Origin: Bacilli bacterium | GTDB taxonomy: Bacteria; Bacillota_I; Bacilli_A; RF39; UBA660 | Reading direction: 5' to 3' | DNA: 64,000 bases | Assembly: GCA_036342255.1 (NCBI GenBank) | Contig: JAZAUS010000002.1 | Coordinates: 6,334 to 70,333, forward strand | In this document: piece after piece, positions 41,856 to 52,229 of the stretch | Layout of the letters: each line of letters starts with the position of its first letter | Position numbering within the stretch: position 1 is the first letter of the stretch | The notes under the pieces: generated by a model | Database searches by the model: none | What the model was told of the DNA's origin: nothing | What the model saw: the letters and a program-made list of their open reading frames with translations, nothing else | Program-made: the position numbers and the translations under genes

Positions 41856-42887
41856 TTATTTACGGCGCAAGCGACAAAGCGGCTTATACTTCATCCGATT
41901 TCTTCTTTCCAAATACAGTCTTTTTTCTTCTTGAAGTTTTTCTCTTGTAATAGGTGAATCATTTTGTACCACACTATCATCATATTTTGAACTTAAAGAT
42001 TGTAATTGTTCTAGATATGGTTTAATTTCTAGTAATACCTCATGTAATTGTTCTTTACTTTCTACATTTTTTAAACTTTCTATAATTTTACTTGTAATAT
42101 CATATTGAGAATATAAATCATCAACACCAATACTCAAATCAACAGAATTTCTTATACTATCACATTCTTCCTGTTTTTCTTTCTTTAAGCTTACAATTCT
42201 ATCAAATGTAAACTCTTTAGTTATATCTTCTGGTAATTTTTTATAATCAAATAATAAACTATTAACTGTAATTTTTTTCCCATATTTCGAAAGTTCGCAT
42301 TTTGAAATGTCGCCTAAGGAAACATCGGCAACTATTTCATAATTAGAACCAGTTGTTCTATATTCAACGATATCGCTTCGATAATTAGGAATTGCCTCCA
42401 TATTATCTAGATATGATATGCTAAAATTCTCATTAAGTTTTGTATATATTTTATACTCATTATTAGTGAAATCCAATTCTTCATTAAATTCTAATCTATC
42501 AAAACCTAATTTATTAATTTGTTCTAATAAAGAAAGTATTCTTTCTAAATCTTTTTGATGGTTTGTAATATACTTATAGAAGAAATCTACACTAGATTCC
42601 TCGTTTGAATTACCATAACAATCATTAATAAATTCACCTATACTATAAAATTTATTTATTATATCTATAACTGATTTATTATCTTTATAGAATCTTTTAA
42701 TTATTTTTGAGCCAACAACAAAATGGCCATTAGATATTTTACATAAATTATATACTATATCACTGTAATCTTCTTCTTTTATCAATCTTGTTAAATTTTT
42801 AGTAAATTCATCATAATCATTTAATATATGACATAATGCAATTAGATTATTTACTTGAATTGATATTGTTTTCTCTTCTTTTTCCAT
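41856..42887 (-). CDS. hypothetical protein
   Basis: 343-aa ORF, no recognisable motif. Confidence 0.5.
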   Translation of the reverse strand: MEKEEKTISIQVNNLIALCHILNDYDEFTKNLTRLIKEEDYSDIVYNLCKISNGHFVVGSKIIKRFYKDNKSVIDIINKFYSIGEFINDCYGNSNEESSVDFFYKYITNHQKDLERILSLLEQINKLGFDRLEFNEELDFTNNEYKIYTKLNENFSISYLDNMEAIPNYRSDIVEYRTTGSNYEIVADVSLGDISKCELSKYGKKITVNSLLFDYKKLPEDITKEFTFDRIVSLKKEKQEECDSIRNSVDLSIGVDDLYSQYDITSKIIESLKNVESKEQLHEVLLEIKPYLEQLQSLSSKYDDSVVQNDSPITREKLQEEKRLYLERRNRMKYKPLCRLRRK

Positions 42888-43025
42888 AAAACCTCCTCAT
42901 TTCGATAATTTATTATATTATTATATAATTAATTAGTCAATCACTTGATTAGGGTATTATTATTTAGTTTTCTTTTTTTCATTTGAATAATTAAATTCTA
43001 GATAGAGTTTATTGCTCTTTATGTC

Positions 43026-43113
43026 TTTTTCTTATAAACAAAAAAAATCAATCATTTCTGATTGATATCTTTCTAAATAATTCGAATAGTTCGAACAGAT
43101 TCGTCAATAGTGT
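43026..43113. repeat. about 87-bp repeat copy A (contains palindromes ATCAATCA-TTTC-TGATTGAT and GTTCGAA-TAG-TTCGAAC)
   Basis: near-identical to 48496..48582; partial copy at 43890..43919. Confidence 0.7.
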
Positions 43114-43127
43114 AATGCCGTAAATAT

Positions 43128-43598
43128 CTACAACTTCTTATTAAGGACTTTTGGATTATTAAAAATTATTTCTGGACTATAATATTTATTAGTAGTTTCT
43201 GTTGCTACCCACCCATAATCTTTAATAATTTTTGAAAATTCATCTAATCTTTTTTCTGGAATAGTTATTAATGGTTTTTCAGTACCTAAATACTCATATG
43301 AATCCTCTAGTATCAATTTAGAATAACCTTTTTTACGATAGTCTTCATTTATTAAAAGTGTACATATTTTAGATTCATCTTCAGTTTTTTTTAACATCGA
43401 TAAACCTACTATTTGAAAACCATCTAAATAAAATATAGCTTCACCATTTCCCGTTATTATTCTTGGTAAATTTTTTTGATAATACCATTTATAATATTCT
43501 GGATACTGAAGTTTATTATAGTCAGTTAATAAATAAATCTCGTTAACAGCTTTAGAAAAATTTTTATCTTTCATATTGCTTAATATATATTTTTCCAT
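43128..43598 (-). CDS. hypothetical protein, possibly GNAT-like acetyltransferase
   Basis: 156 aa; weak R-x-x-G-x-S motif (YRKKGYSKLIL). Confidence 0.4.
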   Translation of the reverse strand: MEKYILSNMKDKNFSKAVNEIYLLTDYNKLQYPEYYKWYYQKNLPRIITGNGEAIFYLDGFQIVGLSMLKKTEDESKICTLLINEDYRKKGYSKLILEDSYEYLGTEKPLITIPEKRLDEFSKIIKDYGWVATETTNKYYSPEIIFNNPKVLNKKL

Positions 43599-43889
43599 AG
43601 TACACCTCGGTTTTATATTATAACATAATCATATGTTATTTCAATATTTTATTTTATCAAAATATCTGTTATTCATTTATATTATTGTAATATTTATACA
43701 ATAGTTTTTACAAGAATATTTAGTTAGTTTAGGTACTATTATCCTTTAACTTTAATAAAAGTGTATAGAGATGAAGTTATGAGAAAATAAGAGAAATATC
43801 TTTGTACTATCATATATTTATTATATAAGATATTTCTTCACATATACAAAATAACAAAAAAAGAACTTTTTGAAAGCTCTCTATATGAA

Positions 43890-43919
43890 GTTCGAATAAT
43901 TCGAACAGATTCGTCAATG
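43890..43919. repeat. partial (30-bp) copy of the GTTCGAATA-TTCGAACAGATTCGTCAAT repeat
   Basis: matches the distal half of the repeats at 43026 and 48496. Confidence 0.6.
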
Positions 43920-44081
43920 ATACATGTGAAGAAAAAGTTGAATACCTTTTCTTGTAAACTTTATTAGGTAGTAATAAATTATTACCTAATATAAATATAC
44001 TACATTTTAAGTAAATGTTACAAAAAATAGTAAAAATATATAATTATATGTTAAAATATATACATAAGGGAGGTTTTTAAT

Positions 44082-45230
44082 TTGAAAAGTGTTGATGAAT
44101 TTGTAAGAAAAGATTGGACTTGGCCTGAAACTCTTAATGGTCAAATTGAAAATTATAAAGAATTAAATGACAGAATTGAAGATTGTTTATCTAGAAAAGA
44201 ACAATATGATAAATTAATTAGTGAAGAAAAGAATAATGAAGAAAATGGGAAATTAAGCTTTAAAGAACAATGGGGGTTATATAGTATTGTTGATAATTTG
44301 ATAAGAAAAAGTTCTAGTAATTGTACTTATTTAGGCGTAGATTTACTAGATTTAAGGCGACGATTAAAAAATGTTTATAAAGAAGTTTATGATTATGTTA
44401 GAATTAAGGATGAATTAAGAAGTCTTAGAGAAGAAAAACATAAAATATTAACTGAATATATTACTTTTAATATTTTTTATAAAGATTTTTTTAATGAACG
44501 TTGTGTAGACAGACACTTTTTTGTTAAATTAGAAGACGAATTAAAATGTATGTGTTGTGGTGCAACAACAAAAGATTATCCTTTGAGTAAAGAAGAACTA
44601 GATTTTTTAACATTATGTGCAGAAAATCAAGGAATATTATTAAAAGAAGTAACTAAAAATGATTTTCCTTTATTACAAGTTCTTATGGAAGAACAAGATT
44701 ATTATAGAAGTTTGAGAGAACCTTTAGATGTTGACAATGAATATTATTTATCAATAGCTGAAGAACAATGGTTAGAAGACGAAGCAGAAATACCACATTT
44801 AAGAGTACAAATTAGAATAGCACATTTACTTGATTCACAAAAATATGATAGTGAAGATATTAAAGTCACTAATCCAAAATACTTATCTGATGAAAAATCA
44901 AAAAAATTATTATTAGAAGTTGAAAAAGAATTGGGAAGAATTCAAGGAATTGATTCTAGATTTAAAGATTTAATGATGGAAGAATGTAAAACTGCAAAAT
45001 ATGAAATATTAATTTTATCAGGAGCACATATCCCAACTTTATTAGAACAAGCACAAAATGAAGATGAAAAAGTTGCATTAACAAAAGCATATTATAATAT
45101 TTCAAATCAAGAATTTAGAGATAATAGTAACTATTTTGATTCAAGATGGGATGCACTTTCATATGATTGCATAACTGCTAATCCTGAAATTAACAATAGA
45201 ATATTACAAATGAAGATAAGAAGAAAATAA
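44082..45230 (+). CDS. hypothetical protein
   Basis: 382-aa ORF with GGGAGG RBS; acidic, Cys-x-x-Cys pair (CMCCGAT). Confidence 0.55.
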   Translation: MKSVDEFVRKDWTWPETLNGQIENYKELNDRIEDCLSRKEQYDKLISEEKNNEENGKLSFKEQWGLYSIVDNLIRKSSSNCTYLGVDLLDLRRRLKNVYKEVYDYVRIKDELRSLREEKHKILTEYITFNIFYKDFFNERCVDRHFFVKLEDELKCMCCGATTKDYPLSKEELDFLTLCAENQGILLKEVTKNDFPLLQVLMEEQDYYRSLREPLDVDNEYYLSIAEEQWLEDEAEIPHLRVQIRIAHLLDSQKYDSEDIKVTNPKYLSDEKSKKLLLEVEKELGRIQGIDSRFKDLMMEECKTAKYEILILSGAHIPTLLEQAQNEDEKVALTKAYYNISNQEFRDNSNYFDSRWDALSYDCITANPEINNRILQMKIRRK

Positions 45231-45354
45231 CTGCAATTTATTGTAATTAAAAAATACATAATTTTGCTTTAACAAAAAGTTCATACTTAATTATATTTTA
45301 GGATTTTAAAAGAAACTTTCACTTTGTACTCCTATTAAATCTGCCAATAAAAAG

Positions 45355-45445
45355 TATGTTTTATCTATTGTATATAGATATTATCGACAAGCGAATGCTT
45401 GTCTTTTTAAATATCAAAATCCTTGTCATGCAATAGTTTTATTAA
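45355..45445 (+). repeat. about 90-bp repeat cassette copy 1 containing an intrinsic terminator
   Basis: 44-nt core identical to 46787..46830 and flanks about 85% identical. Confidence 0.65.
45386..45408 (+). terminator. rho-independent terminator
   Basis: hairpin gacaagc-gaat-gcttgtc followed by ttttt. Confidence 0.7.
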
Positions 45446-45541
45446 TAGATATACTATATTTTAAGGAAAAACAATAAAAAATATATTTTTCCTTAGAAAA
45501 TATGATATAATAGCTTTACTTTCGTTAAGGGGGAAGATAAT

Positions 45542-46603
45542 ATGTTTATACCAGTAGTGCCATTTGTACCACATACAACTGTAATTAATAAGACAATAGT
45601 ATATAATGATATAGTATTACCACTTAAAGATTTAGGTAATAATTTAAAAATTTGTAGTATTAGTAATATTAGTGAATATTCATTAGAAAGTTGCCTAAAA
45701 AAAATATTTGAATCTAATCCTGATGTAATATTTAATACAATTCAATATTCAAAAGAAGGTAAAAAGATATATTTTTATACTGATAAAGCTGTATCTACAC
45801 AAGCTTGGGAAGAAAGCAAAATTACTAAATACAAACCATTAAGCAATAGTGAAGAAATTATAAAAGAAGTTGATGAATTATTTACTCAAGAAAGAATTAA
45901 AGATACTGATTGTATATCATTATATGATATTGCAAATCTAATAAAAATATTTGACAATAAATACAAATATATAAAAGAAAGATATCAAGAACATTTTTAT
46001 AATATTAATCCAAGTATTATAATTTATAATTTTGATTATAAAAAGAAGCAATTAAGAATCGAATTTAAAAATGACGAAATATTTTTTGCAAAACAAAATG
46101 ATGATTTATATGTTGTTGAAAGTGAATCATTACATTATCAAGAATTATTAACTCTTATAGGAAAAGAATTATCAGAGCTTTATGATGAATTAATAAAGTT
46201 CCATGATTTTAAAAATCAATCTGCTTATGAAATAAAAGCATTAAATTCTAATTTCTTAGTTTATATAGGGCAGTATGGTGTTGATATTCATGTCGATAAA
46301 CGATCTAATAGATTTTCCAAAGATTTTAGTTTATCATCCCATAGTTATAAAAAGGAATATTATTATGAATGTAATTCAACTTCAGTTATAACAGCACTTA
46401 AAGGAAAAGAAGATGAGATATTTAAAAGAATATTTGTAAAAATTGATGATTGCCCTGAATGGAGCAAAACAATATTATATCAAATGAGACAAGATCAATT
46501 AGAAGAAGAAAAAAGATTAGAAGAAAAACAACTTTATAAAGAAATGAAAAGGCAAAAAAGATTAGAATTAAAAAGAAAGATTTTTCCTTGGATGAATAAA
46601 TAA
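45542..46603 (+). CDS. hypothetical protein
   Basis: 353-aa ORF with GGGGGAAG RBS; Lys/Glu-rich C-terminal tail. Confidence 0.55.
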   Translation: MFIPVVPFVPHTTVINKTIVYNDIVLPLKDLGNNLKICSISNISEYSLESCLKKIFESNPDVIFNTIQYSKEGKKIYFYTDKAVSTQAWEESKITKYKPLSNSEEIIKEVDELFTQERIKDTDCISLYDIANLIKIFDNKYKYIKERYQEHFYNINPSIIIYNFDYKKKQLRIEFKNDEIFFAKQNDDLYVVESESLHYQELLTLIGKELSELYDELIKFHDFKNQSAYEIKALNSNFLVYIGQYGVDIHVDKRSNRFSKDFSLSSHSYKKEYYYECNSTSVITALKGKEDEIFKRIFVKIDDCPEWSKTILYQMRQDQLEEEKRLEEKQLYKEMKRQKRLELKRKIFPWMNK

Positions 46604-46751
46604 TAGTCAAGCATGTTTCTGTTTGCGATTGCAAATAAAAGTGGCAATAGATTTTAAAAAAACATATTTTTGATTGATTGTTTAATTAAGCTTTAAGGTT
46701 TCAAAAGGGAATATTCCCTTTGCACACACCATTTTGACTCTATCAAATGAA

Positions 46752-46850
46752 AAATATGTTACTCTATTAGAAATAGAATATTATATGACAAGCGAATGCT
46801 TGTCTTTTTAAATATCAAAATCCTTGTCATACCATAGTTTTATAAAAGAT
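46752..46850 (+). repeat. repeat cassette copy 2 containing an intrinsic terminator
   Basis: see copy 1. Confidence 0.65.
46787..46809 (+). terminator. rho-independent terminator
   Basis: hairpin gacaagc-gaat-gcttgtc followed by ttttt. Confidence 0.7.
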
Positions 46851-46879
46851 ATAATCATTCTCACTTTCTTTCTTAAACA

Positions 46880-47036
46880 ACAAAAAAAACTAACATTTCT
46901 AGTTAGTTCATTTATTGCATCTCGGATAAGTTGTCCGAGTTTACTATCATAATGGTGCGAACGACGAAGTGGTTTACAACTCTTTGGCATAAAGACGATT
47001 GATTTATATCAATCACTACATTCATTTTACCAAAGA
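46880..47036 (-). ncRNA. candidate small structured RNA (locally GC-richer, bounded by two minus-strand terminators)
   Basis: lies between the terminator of gene 47064..47771 (47040..47070) and hairpin aactaac-N7-gttagtt plus T-run (46880..46906); internal hairpins ctcgga-N7-tccgag and gattgat-ataa-atcaatc. Confidence 0.25.
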
Positions 47037-47063
47037 ATAGAAAAAGTAGCAATAACTTTTATG

Positions 47064-47771
47064 CTACTTTGATTCTTTTTTTCTTCCTAATACTTTTTGT
47101 TTTGCTTTTTGCAATTGTTCTTTTTCTTTTTGGTACATTTGCTCTTCAATAATTTTTATATTTTTTTGTTCCTCAGATTCAATTTTATCAATGTCTTCTT
47201 TACTACTTACTTTTATAAAAGAATCTCTAAGTTGACTATAACAATCAGAATTTGGTAGTAATGTATTTGGATCAACTGTAAATATTAATTTTTGATTATT
47301 TAATCTATATGAATATATTTCTTTTTCAACATATAATTTAATTTCATCTGGATTTTCATCATCTTTATATATATCTATAATAGTACCTTCTAACCAATTA
47401 GCTTCTTTTAGCATACTATTATCTTTTATAGAATAAATACCTCCACAACGATATCGACCAGTGTTGCCCCAATAAGTGAACATTATCCTATCATCAGAAA
47501 TAAAATAAAATTGACTAAATCTTTCAGAAAATAATTTTATAAACTTAGATTTTTGTAGTTTATATCTTACTATTTCGAAATCATCATAATTTGCTCTTCT
47601 AAAAACAAGAAACTCATCGTCTGTGACTTGTTCAAAACCTATAATGTGATTCAAAAAATAAATTTCTTCATTTTCCTTATCTATAAGTTTGTAAGAATTA
47701 TAATTTTCTTTATCAATTTCAACGATTTTCCATCTTTTTTCATCTGCTTTTGTTTCATATAATCTACTCAT
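47064..47771 (-). CDS. hypothetical protein
   Basis: 235-aa ORF with GGAGGGA RBS. Confidence 0.5.
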   Translation of the reverse strand: MSRLYETKADEKRWKIVEIDKENYNSYKLIDKENEEIYFLNHIIGFEQVTDDEFLVFRRANYDDFEIVRYKLQKSKFIKLFSERFSQFYFISDDRIMFTYWGNTGRYRCGGIYSIKDNSMLKEANWLEGTIIDIYKDDENPDEIKLYVEKEIYSYRLNNQKLIFTVDPNTLLPNSDCYSQLRDSFIKVSSKEDIDKIESEEQKNIKIIEEQMYQKEKEQLQKAKQKVLGRKKESK

Positions 47772-47846
47772 AGTATCCCTCCTGTTTAATTAGCATATAT
47801 TATAACATAACTTTTTGGCTTTTCATACTACAATTATTTTTTTTTA

Positions 47847-48485
47847 TTACCTCTCATAATCATCACGATTTTTCTCTTTTTTATTAATAACACTAGTATA
47901 TTCTTTTTCGTCCATAATACCATTTATAAATAAATTATCAGCCATTTCTTTATATTTATCATCTTTATCGCCAAATATACCATGTATTTTATCGTGAATA
48001 AATTTTATTACTCTTTGAAATTTATCTTTCCAATAGTCTAATGAATCTTTTAAATCTTTTATTTTAGATTTTAATGAAGAAATTTCATCATCTGAATTTT
48101 CTTCATTTTCATAGTAAGGAACATGTTTTGATTCTACTAATATAGATTCCTTACTATATACAACATTACCATCACATTCAGCTGGTATTAATTTAAATAC
48201 ATCATCAACATTTTCTAGTAAAGTTCCATTATCTTCTTTAACATATAATACACCAAGATTATGAACATAGATTTCATTTGAATAATTAAATGCTAGAAAT
48301 GTAATACCTTTAATAATAATTCTATGTGGCTCAATATAAGTTAAATTAGTATGTTGTATTTTCCTAATACTACCATTCTCTATGATAGGTGTAGTATTGC
48401 AAAAATCACATATAACATTTAATCTAGAAACTAATGATTCATCAATCTCAATTTCTTCTTTAATTATTTTTATCATAGACACCAA
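47847..48485 (-). CDS. hypothetical protein (TTG start in ORF track)
   Basis: 212-aa ORF; Cys pairs (CDFCNTTP ... AECDG). Confidence 0.45.
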   Translation of the reverse strand: MVSMIKIIKEEIEIDESLVSRLNVICDFCNTTPIIENGSIRKIQHTNLTYIEPHRIIIKGITFLAFNYSNEIYVHNLGVLYVKEDNGTLLENVDDVFKLIPAECDGNVVYSKESILVESKHVPYYENEENSDDEISSLKSKIKDLKDSLDYWKDKFQRVIKFIHDKIHGIFGDKDDKYKEMADNLFINGIMDEKEYTSVINKKEKNRDDYER

Positions 48486-48495
48486 CCTTTCTATG

Positions 48496-48582
48496 ATTTT
48501 TTCTTATAAAATGAAAAAATCAATCATTTCTGATTGATATCTATCTAAAAGTTCGAATAGTTCGAACAGATTCGTCAATGGT
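48496..48582. repeat. about 87-bp repeat copy B, abutting the 3' end of tRNA-Thr
   Basis: near-identical to 43026..43113; last 3-4 nt overlap the tRNA CCA end. Confidence 0.7.
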
Positions 48583-48654
48583 GCTGAAGACAGGACTTGA
48601 ACCTGCGACCTATTCATTACGAGTGAATTGCTCTACCAACTGAGCTACTTCAGC
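48579..48654 (-). tRNA. tRNA-Thr (anticodon CGU), CCA encoded
   Basis: cloverleaf folds by hand: acceptor GCUGAAG/CUUCAGC, D-stem GCUC/GAGC, anticodon stem AUUCA/UGAAU with loop CUCGUAA, T-loop GGTTCAAGTCC. Confidence 0.85.
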
Positions 48655-48713
48655 ATTACCAATATAATTATAGCACATTTTTGTTAAATAGAACAATGAT
48701 TTATAAAAAAAGA

Positions 48714-49163
48714 CTATTGAAGTCTTTTAGATAATACTTTATGTTCAGTTAATTCATTTTGTCTAATATAATTACTTATTTCTTCATCTGTTATATCTTC
48801 AATAGTCTTTTTTAAGTATTTGGATGCTATAGAATAAGGTTTTGTACATATTATTTCTTCTATTACACCTTTTTGTTCAAGAATACTTCTTATAATATCT
48901 TCATAATATGTGTTATCATATAAAATTTTATTTGTTTGAATATTTTTCTTATATTTGTTTACTCGTTCTGCAATTAGTATTTGGGTTTCTTTTTTTAGTT
49001 TTTTAGTTGGACCTATGTTTACCCAGTTTAACATGTATCCATCAGATGTTGCTTTTACTAGATCTTCATAATCTACCATAAAGCCAGCTGTATGTTGTTC
49101 TTTTATTTTTATTAATCCAGTTACTATTTCTTCAAATTTTGAGATTAATGAATTGTTTTTCAT
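48714..49163 (-). CDS. hypothetical protein
   Basis: 149-aa ORF directly downstream of smc. Confidence 0.45.
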   Translation of the reverse strand: MKNNSLISKFEEIVTGLIKIKEQHTAGFMVDYEDLVKATSDGYMLNWVNIGPTKKLKKETQILIAERVNKYKKNIQTNKILYDNTYYEDIIRSILEQKGVIEEIICTKPYSIASKYLKKTIEDITDEEISNYIRQNELTEHKVLSKRLQ

Positions 49164-49191
49164 ATGAACACTCCTTTTAAAGATTAGAAGA

Positions 49192-52137
49192 TTATTTTTT
49201 AATATCTTCTAATCTTACACTTACTAGTTTACTAACACCTGATTCTTGCATGGTAATTCCATATAAGATATCGGCAAATTCCATGGTTTTCTTTTTGTGA
49301 GTTATTAAAATAAATTGTGTTTTATCTCTATATTTTTCTAAATATTTGCCAAATGATTCGACGTTAGCATCGTCTAAGGCTGCTTCAACCTCATCTAATA
49401 AACAGAATGGTACTGGTCTAACATTTAGAATAGCAAATAATAAGGATATAGCTGTAAATGTTTTTTCACCACCTGATAGAAGTGATAGACTTTTTAAATT
49501 CTTACCTGATGGTACAGCTTTTATATCAATACCTGTTTCTAGAATATTATCTGGTTCAGTTAAAGTTAATTCAGCCTCGCCTCCACCAAATAGTTCTTTA
49601 AATACTTTTTTAAATTCTACTCTTATTTCTTCAAATGTTTTAAGAAACTTTTCTTGCATGATAGTATCCATTTCATTAATAATTTCCATTAATGTTTGTT
49701 CGGCGTTATGTAAATCTTCTTTTTGACTATTTAGAAAATTGTATCTTTCACTTACTCTTTTATATTCTTCAATAGCACCTATATTAACATTATCTATTCT
49801 TTTTATATTATCTTTAATATTATTAACTTGTTCTCTTGCTATATTTTCATCTATTTCTAATTTATAATTATTTATAGCACTTTCATAAGTCATATTATAT
49901 TCTTCTGTTAGACGCATTAATAGATTATCCATTTTAATATTTATGGTGTTGATATTTAAATTTAGTTTGTTTAATTCTTTTTCTTTGTTATTAATATAGC
50001 TGTTACTTTGTTTGCTGTTTGTTTCTAATTCTGTTATTGTTTCAGATAATGATTGCTTTTCTTTATTTAGTAATTCTATGCTGTTTTCTATATCGTTTTT
50101 ATTATTAATTGTAGCATAATAAGTGTTCAGTAATTTTTCTAATTCTCCTTTACTTTTATCTTTGTTAATAGCTTCTAAATCTTTTAATTCTCTTGCTATA
50201 TTATCTTTATTATTATTATTATCTTCTTTTTCAGTATTAGTCTTTTTAATAATATTATTAATTGAGATTATCGAATTAGTTATTTCATGTAATTCTTTTT
50301 CTTTTGATGTTATAGTTTTTGATATATTAGTTATCTCTTGTTCTAGTTTTTTATTACTATTTATTAATTCTTGATATTCTCTTTTTTTGTTATCTAGTTC
50401 ATACTTTTCGTTGATTAGGTTGTTTTTATTAGTAATGGAACCACCTGTTATAGATCCACCTACGTTTACTATTTGGCCATCTAGTGTTACTATTTTGTAA
50501 CGATTATTAATTGTTTTAGATATAGAATTGGCACTTTCTATATCTTCTGTTATAATAATATTCCCAAGTTGATTTAAGATAATATTTTCATATGTTTTTT
50601 GATATTTAACTATATTTGAGGCAACATTAATGAATCCTTTAATGTTTTTTATTGTATTTAATGTTTGTTCATCTATTGCCCTTGGCTTAATTGTATCTAG
50701 AGGGTAAAATGTTGCTCGGCCTAGCTTATTATCTTTTAGATACTTAATCATCTCTTTGGCATCATTTGGTGTATTGACTACTAGATAGTTACTGGCATTT
50801 CCTAAAGACATGCTAATGCATGTAGCATATTTATCATCTACTTCAATTAATTTAGCTATTACATTATGATAGTTTTTTAATCTTGGATTGTTTAAAATAT
50901 TTTTTATAGATGGTGGTAAAGATTCGTTATTATTTATGGTTCTTTCTTGATAATCTATTTTATATTTTAAATCTGTTAGGTCACGATTGTTTTTTTGAAT
51001 ACTATTATTGATTTTGTTATAATCTTTATTTAATTCTTCTATTTCTTTTTCTAATATGTTTTTTTCTCTTTCTAGTTTAGATAATTGTTTGGTATTATTA
51101 TCTATTATTAAGTTTAGATTATCTATATTATTATTAAGCTTTAATAGATCTTCTTTCAGTTTAATTATATTTGAACTTACTTCATTAGTTTTTTTAGTGT
51201 ATTTTTCTCTTTCTTTTAATATTCTTACATTAGCATCTATTTTTTCAATATTTTTTGTAAGTTCAACTAATTGGTGCTGATTTTCTGTAATTTTATTTTC
51301 TACTTTAATTAATTCTTCTTTTTTGGTAATTATTTCTATATCATAATTAGAATTATTTATGGATAAACTAGTAAGTTCATCGTTTATTTCATTTATTTTG
51401 TCTTCTGTTATTTTTATTTCATAGCTGTAATTATTAATATCATGACTCATTAATGATATTTCAATATTTTTTAATTTCTCTTTTAATTCTAAGTATTTTT
51501 GAGCATCTTCACTTTGTCTTTTTAATGGTTCAAGATTTGTTTCTAATTCACTTATAATATCGTTGATACGTTCAATATTAGTATTGGTTCTATCTAATTT
51601 TTTTAAAGCTTCTATTTTTCTTTTTTTGTATTTTAATACGCCAGCAGCACTTTCAAATACTGATCTTCTATCGTCTGCTTTGGCACTTAATATTTCATCT
51701 ATTTTTCCTTGAGAAATTATATTGAATGATTCTTTATCTACTCCAGAATCGGCAAATAAGTTTGTTATATCTTTTAATCTACAGTTCTCATTGTTTAGGA
51801 AAAATTCACTTTCACCTGATCTATACATTATCCTTTTTATTGATACTTCAGTATAATTAATTGGTAGATGTCTATCTGAATTGTCAAAAACTAATGTTAT
51901 TGAAGCACTGTTTAAAGGCTTTCTACTTTTGCTTCCAGAAAATATTATATCTACAGATGAATCACCTCTTAATGATTTTATAGATTGTTCTCCTAATACC
52001 CATCTAACAGCATCTACTACATTGCTTTTACCACTTCCATTAGGTCCTACTATTCCATTAATATTCTGCCCAAAATTAATTTCTGTTTTATCAGCAAAAG
52101 ATTTGAAACCATATGCTTTTATACTTTTTAGATACAT
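49192..52137 (-). CDS. smc: chromosome partition protein SMC (short, about 980-aa form)
   Basis: N-term Walker A GPNGSGKSN, long coiled coils, hinge, C-terminal LSGGEKT signature and Walker B LLDEVEAALD. Confidence 0.85.
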   Translation of the reverse strand: MYLKSIKAYGFKSFADKTEINFGQNINGIVGPNGSGKSNVVDAVRWVLGEQSIKSLRGDSSVDIIFSGSKSRKPLNSASITLVFDNSDRHLPINYTEVSIKRIMYRSGESEFFLNNENCRLKDITNLFADSGVDKESFNIISQGKIDEILSAKADDRRSVFESAAGVLKYKKRKIEALKKLDRTNTNIERINDIISELETNLEPLKRQSEDAQKYLELKEKLKNIEISLMSHDINNYSYEIKITEDKINEINDELTSLSINNSNYDIEIITKKEELIKVENKITENQHQLVELTKNIEKIDANVRILKEREKYTKKTNEVSSNIIKLKEDLLKLNNNIDNLNLIIDNNTKQLSKLEREKNILEKEIEELNKDYNKINNSIQKNNRDLTDLKYKIDYQERTINNNESLPPSIKNILNNPRLKNYHNVIAKLIEVDDKYATCISMSLGNASNYLVVNTPNDAKEMIKYLKDNKLGRATFYPLDTIKPRAIDEQTLNTIKNIKGFINVASNIVKYQKTYENIILNQLGNIIITEDIESANSISKTINNRYKIVTLDGQIVNVGGSITGGSITNKNNLINEKYELDNKKREYQELINSNKKLEQEITNISKTITSKEKELHEITNSIISINNIIKKTNTEKEDNNNNKDNIARELKDLEAINKDKSKGELEKLLNTYYATINNKNDIENSIELLNKEKQSLSETITELETNSKQSNSYINNKEKELNKLNLNINTINIKMDNLLMRLTEEYNMTYESAINNYKLEIDENIAREQVNNIKDNIKRIDNVNIGAIEEYKRVSERYNFLNSQKEDLHNAEQTLMEIINEMDTIMQEKFLKTFEEIRVEFKKVFKELFGGGEAELTLTEPDNILETGIDIKAVPSGKNLKSLSLLSGGEKTFTAISLLFAILNVRPVPFCLLDEVEAALDDANVESFGKYLEKYRDKTQFILITHKKKTMEFADILYGITMQESGVSKLVSVRLEDIKK

Positions 52138-52229
52138 CCTATCACCATCTTACTTATTATAATTTATCATATTTTAAGATATTTTACAAGCAATATAAAA
52201 AGAGTTCTAATTATATTTGTGAACTCTTT

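Noticed and set aside
46808-46990. 60-aa minus-strand ORF MPKSCKPLRRSHHYDSKLGQL...
   Set aside because: It runs through a hairpin plus T-run terminator (46880..46906) and has no RBS. The region is better explained as a small structured RNA or UTR.
41163-48655. Prophage or integrative element at tRNA-Thr
   Set aside because: No integrase, recombinase, terminase, capsid or relaxase-like ORF is recognisable. Only the direct repeats and the anonymous gene content support mobility, so it is reported as a possible island remnant only.
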